A DNA stretch of 64,000 nucleotides from assembly GCA_965279525.1 (NCBI GenBank), contig CBDIIB010000004.1, forward strand, positions 576,001 to 640,000. Direction: 5' to 3'. Source of the DNA: Tagaea sp. (lineage in GTDB: Bacteria > Pseudomonadota > Alphaproteobacteria > CACIAM-22H2). A model generated the notes under the pieces. That model made no database searches, had not been told where the DNA came from, and worked only from the letters and a program-made list of their open reading frames with translations. Both the position numbers and the translations under genes were made by a program. Each line of letters opens with the position of its first letter. Position 1 is the stretch's first letter. Below, piece after piece: positions 61,665 through 64,000 of this stretch.

Positions 61665-62711
61665 ATGCGGGACGACCGAATCGAAGCGAAGTGGATCGAA
61701 CTTTTCGCGGACGTTTTCCGTCTCAGCGCGATATCCCCGGACGACTCGGTCGCCATCCTCTCCGAGACCCAGTCCCGCCAACTCAACGTCCATCTCGCGG
61801 AACTCGCGCTTGCCCGGATCGGCGCGCGCACCTGCCATGTCGTGATGCCGACACCCCGGCAGACGGCACCCGTCCCCGTGCGGTCGACGGGCGCATCGGC
61901 GGCATTGCAGGGATTCCAGCCGGCGATCGAGGCCCTCAAGGCCGCGCGCGTCGTCGTCGACGTCACGCTTGAAGGGCTGCTGCATGCGCCCGAGCTCCCC
62001 GCGATCCTCGCTGCCGGCACGCGCGTGCTGATGGTGTCCGACGAACATCCCGAAGTACTCGAGCGGCTGCGCCCGGATCCGTCGCTCGAGCCGAAGGTCC
62101 GCGAAGGCCTGCGCCGCATCCGGTCGGCGCGCGAGATGCACGTGACGTCGGCGGCCGGCAGCGACCTGCGCATCGATCTGCGCGATGCGCGCACCGGCGG
62201 AAGCTGGGGCTACACGACCAAGCCCGGCACGATCGCGCATTGGCCCGGCGGTCTCTGCCTGTGCTTTCCGGCAGCCGGCACGGTCAATGGCCGCCTCGTC
62301 CTGGCACCGGGCGATCTCAACCTCACCTTCAAGCGCTATCTCGAATCGACAGTGGTTTTCGACATTGCCGACGATCACGTCGTGCGCGTCTCCGGCGACG
62401 GAACGGACGCGGCACTGATGGAGGCCTACTTCGCCGCTTGGGGTGACAGGTCTGCCTACGCGACAAGTCATGTGGGCTGGGGAATGAACCCGGCGGCGCG
62501 CTGGGAGTCGCTCGCCCTCTACGACAAGGCGCAGACGAACGGCACCGAACAACGCGCCTTCGCCGGAAATTTCCTCTACTCGACTGGCGCCAACGAGGTC
62601 GCCGGCCGGCATACGCTCGGCCATTTCGACCTGCCGATGCGCGGATGCACCGTGACGCTCGACGCGATCCCCGTCGTCGTCGAAGGAAAGCTCGTGCCCG
62701 ACCTCGCATAG
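61665..62711 (+). CDS. NicX-like 2,5-dihydroxypyridine dioxygenase / 'peptidase M29'-fold protein
   Basis: SETQSR..NV, HWPGG, SHVGWGMNP.A, GNFLYSTG and GHFDLPMR motifs. Confidence 0.7.
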   Translation: MRDDRIEAKWIELFADVFRLSAISPDDSVAILSETQSRQLNVHLAELALARIGARTCHVVMPTPRQTAPVPVRSTGASAALQGFQPAIEALKAARVVVDVTLEGLLHAPELPAILAAGTRVLMVSDEHPEVLERLRPDPSLEPKVREGLRRIRSAREMHVTSAAGSDLRIDLRDARTGGSWGYTTKPGTIAHWPGGLCLCFPAAGTVNGRLVLAPGDLNLTFKRYLESTVVFDIADDHVVRVSGDGTDAALMEAYFAAWGDRSAYATSHVGWGMNPAARWESLALYDKAQTNGTEQRAFAGNFLYSTGANEVAGRHTLGHFDLPMRGCTVTLDAIPVVVEGKLVPDLA

Positions 62712-62723
62712 CGCGCCAGACCC

Positions 62724-62737
62724 TTGACTTACATCAA
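62724..62737 (+). promoter_or_regulatory. FNR/FixK-type box
   Basis: TTGAC-TTAC-ATCAA, one mismatch from TTGAT-N4-ATCAA, 57 bp upstream of a small ORF. Confidence 0.7.
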
Positions 62738-62794
62738 TGCGACGCGTCGGCGATCCATGAAAACTCCCTCCATAAGCGCAACGGGAGAAATCGA

Positions 62795-62962
62795 ATGGAC
62801 ACGTCCGACATGCTTTTCCTGGGTCTGGTCTTCGTCGCGTTCGCGGCGTTCTTCGTCACTGTGATGTGGGTGCTGCACGACGACGTGCGCAACCGTGCCG
62901 CACGCGCCGCCCGCAATGCCAACGCGAACGACGAAACGGCCGCAAGGGCGCGCGCGGCCTAG
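62795..62962 (+). CDS. small single-TM membrane protein (55 aa)
   Basis: GGGAGA RBS; MDTSDMLFLGLVFVAFAAFFVTVMWVLHDD hydrophobic helix followed by a basic tail. Confidence 0.7.
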   Translation: MDTSDMLFLGLVFVAFAAFFVTVMWVLHDDVRNRAARAARNANANDETAARARAA

Positions 62963-64000
62963 CTTGCGACGGTCGGCACGTCCGGCGCGAACGCGTCCGC
63001 CGGACAGGGGCGCAGCGGAAATCGTGCGCGCGGCGGGCCATCTGCCATCCCGTGCGCGGCCGCGACAACCGACGCGCACACGCGCCCCTGGCAAAGCCCC
63101 ATGCCGATGCGCGTCGCCATCTTGATCGCCGCCGGCGATCCCAGATCGAGCGACAGTGCCGCATCGAGATCGCGCCGCGCGACATTCTCGCACCGGCAGA
63201 CGATCGTATCCGCCTGCGCACCGCTTTCGGGCACGCGGGTCCAGGTGCCAAGTGCCCGTGCCGCACGCTCGAACTTCATGCGCCGCGCGCGCGCGGCGCG
63301 GACCGCGGCGCCCAGTTCGGGCGATGGCGTGCGCCCTAGATGGCCGACGATCGCCTCCGCCGCGATCGTCGCATCGCACAGGGCCGCTTCGACGCCGCGC
63401 ACGCCGCACGCCTCGCCGATCGCATAGAGTCCGTCGATGCTCGTCCCGCAACCGCCATCGACGATCGCGTGCCATCCGCCGAGCGCCGGATCGTGGCCGA
63501 GGGCGGCACCCGCGACCTGCGCAAGTTCGATGTCCGGGCGCAGACCGAAGCTCAACCCCACGACGCCGACATCGAACGAAAGGGTCCGCCCCTGCCCTGA
63601 AGCCGGTACGACGGCGACACGCCTGACTGCACCGCTTGCGTCGATGCGCGACACCTTGCGGCCGCGCAGGACCGGAATGCCGGCGCGGCGCAGGCGCCAT
63701 TCGAATCCCAGCGCACGTGTCGCCAGCCCGGGCGCTTTCGCCAGTCTTGCCAGGACCTCGAGCGGGGGAAAGTCCGACGCGTCGACGACGGCGGCAATCG
63801 CGACTCCCGCCGCACGCAGATCGTCGGCGACGAGATAGAGGAGCGGGCCGGACCCCGCCAGCAGGACAGGCGCGCCGGGCACGATCCCCTGCCCCTTCGC
63901 CAAGGCCTGCAGGCCCCCGAGATTGAGAACACCCGGAAGATCCCAACCCGGCAGCGCCACGTTGCGCTCGATGGCACCCGACGCGATGACGATCGCGCGC
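62959..64000 (-). CDS. FAD/NAD(P)-dependent oxidoreductase with BFD-like [2Fe-2S] C-terminus (HcnB/OoxA-like), 5'-partial
   Basis: ASGAIER..LPGWDLPGV, GSGPL, VCRCE and TRIGMGLCQGRVC motifs; frame open to the window edge. Confidence 0.88.
   Translation of the reverse strand, partial: RAIVIASGAIERNVALPGWDLPGVLNLGGLQALAKGQGIVPGAPVLLAGSGPLLYLVADDLRAAGVAIAAVVDASDFPPLEVLARLAKAPGLATRALGFEWRLRRAGIPVLRGRKVSRIDASGAVRRVAVVPASGQGRTLSFDVGVVGLSFGLRPDIELAQVAGAALGHDPALGGWHAIVDGGCGTSIDGLYAIGEACGVRGVEAALCDATIAAEAIVGHLGRTPSPELGAAVRAARARRMKFERAARALGTWTRVPESGAQADTIVCRCENVARRDLDAALSLDLGSPAAIKMATRIGMGLCQGRVCASVVAAAHGMADGPPRARFPLRPCPADAFAPDVPTVAS

Overview
GC-rich alphaproteobacterial (Rhodospirillales-like, inferred from gene content) chromosomal window with no recognisable integrase, transposase, prophage or CRISPR array. 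It contains three tRNAs (Arg-UCU, Pro-UGG, Glu-UUC), a TPP riboswitch heading a thiZXY-type ABC transporter, an Atm1-type exporter, a hybrid histidine kinase, TTT (tctCBA) and TAXI-TRAP transporters, and a TetR/flavin monooxygenase pair. A form II cox-type molybdenum hydroxylase cluster (coxGSLM..DE, split xdhC, Moco nucleotidyltransferase fusion) ends in a translationally coupled SufS-SufU pair. An orphan Anbu proteasome-like gene sits divergent from glutaminase. The most striking locus is a type I secretion operon (ABC, MFP, SapC) convergent on a ~4,580-aa repeat protein with reversed polarity: RTX repeats and a putative Ca2+/ligand-binding insert lie at the N-terminus, followed by ~41 Ig/cadherin-like 91-95-aa repeats and a C-terminal T1SS target domain. 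Family assignments come from motif recognition by eye, not database searches.
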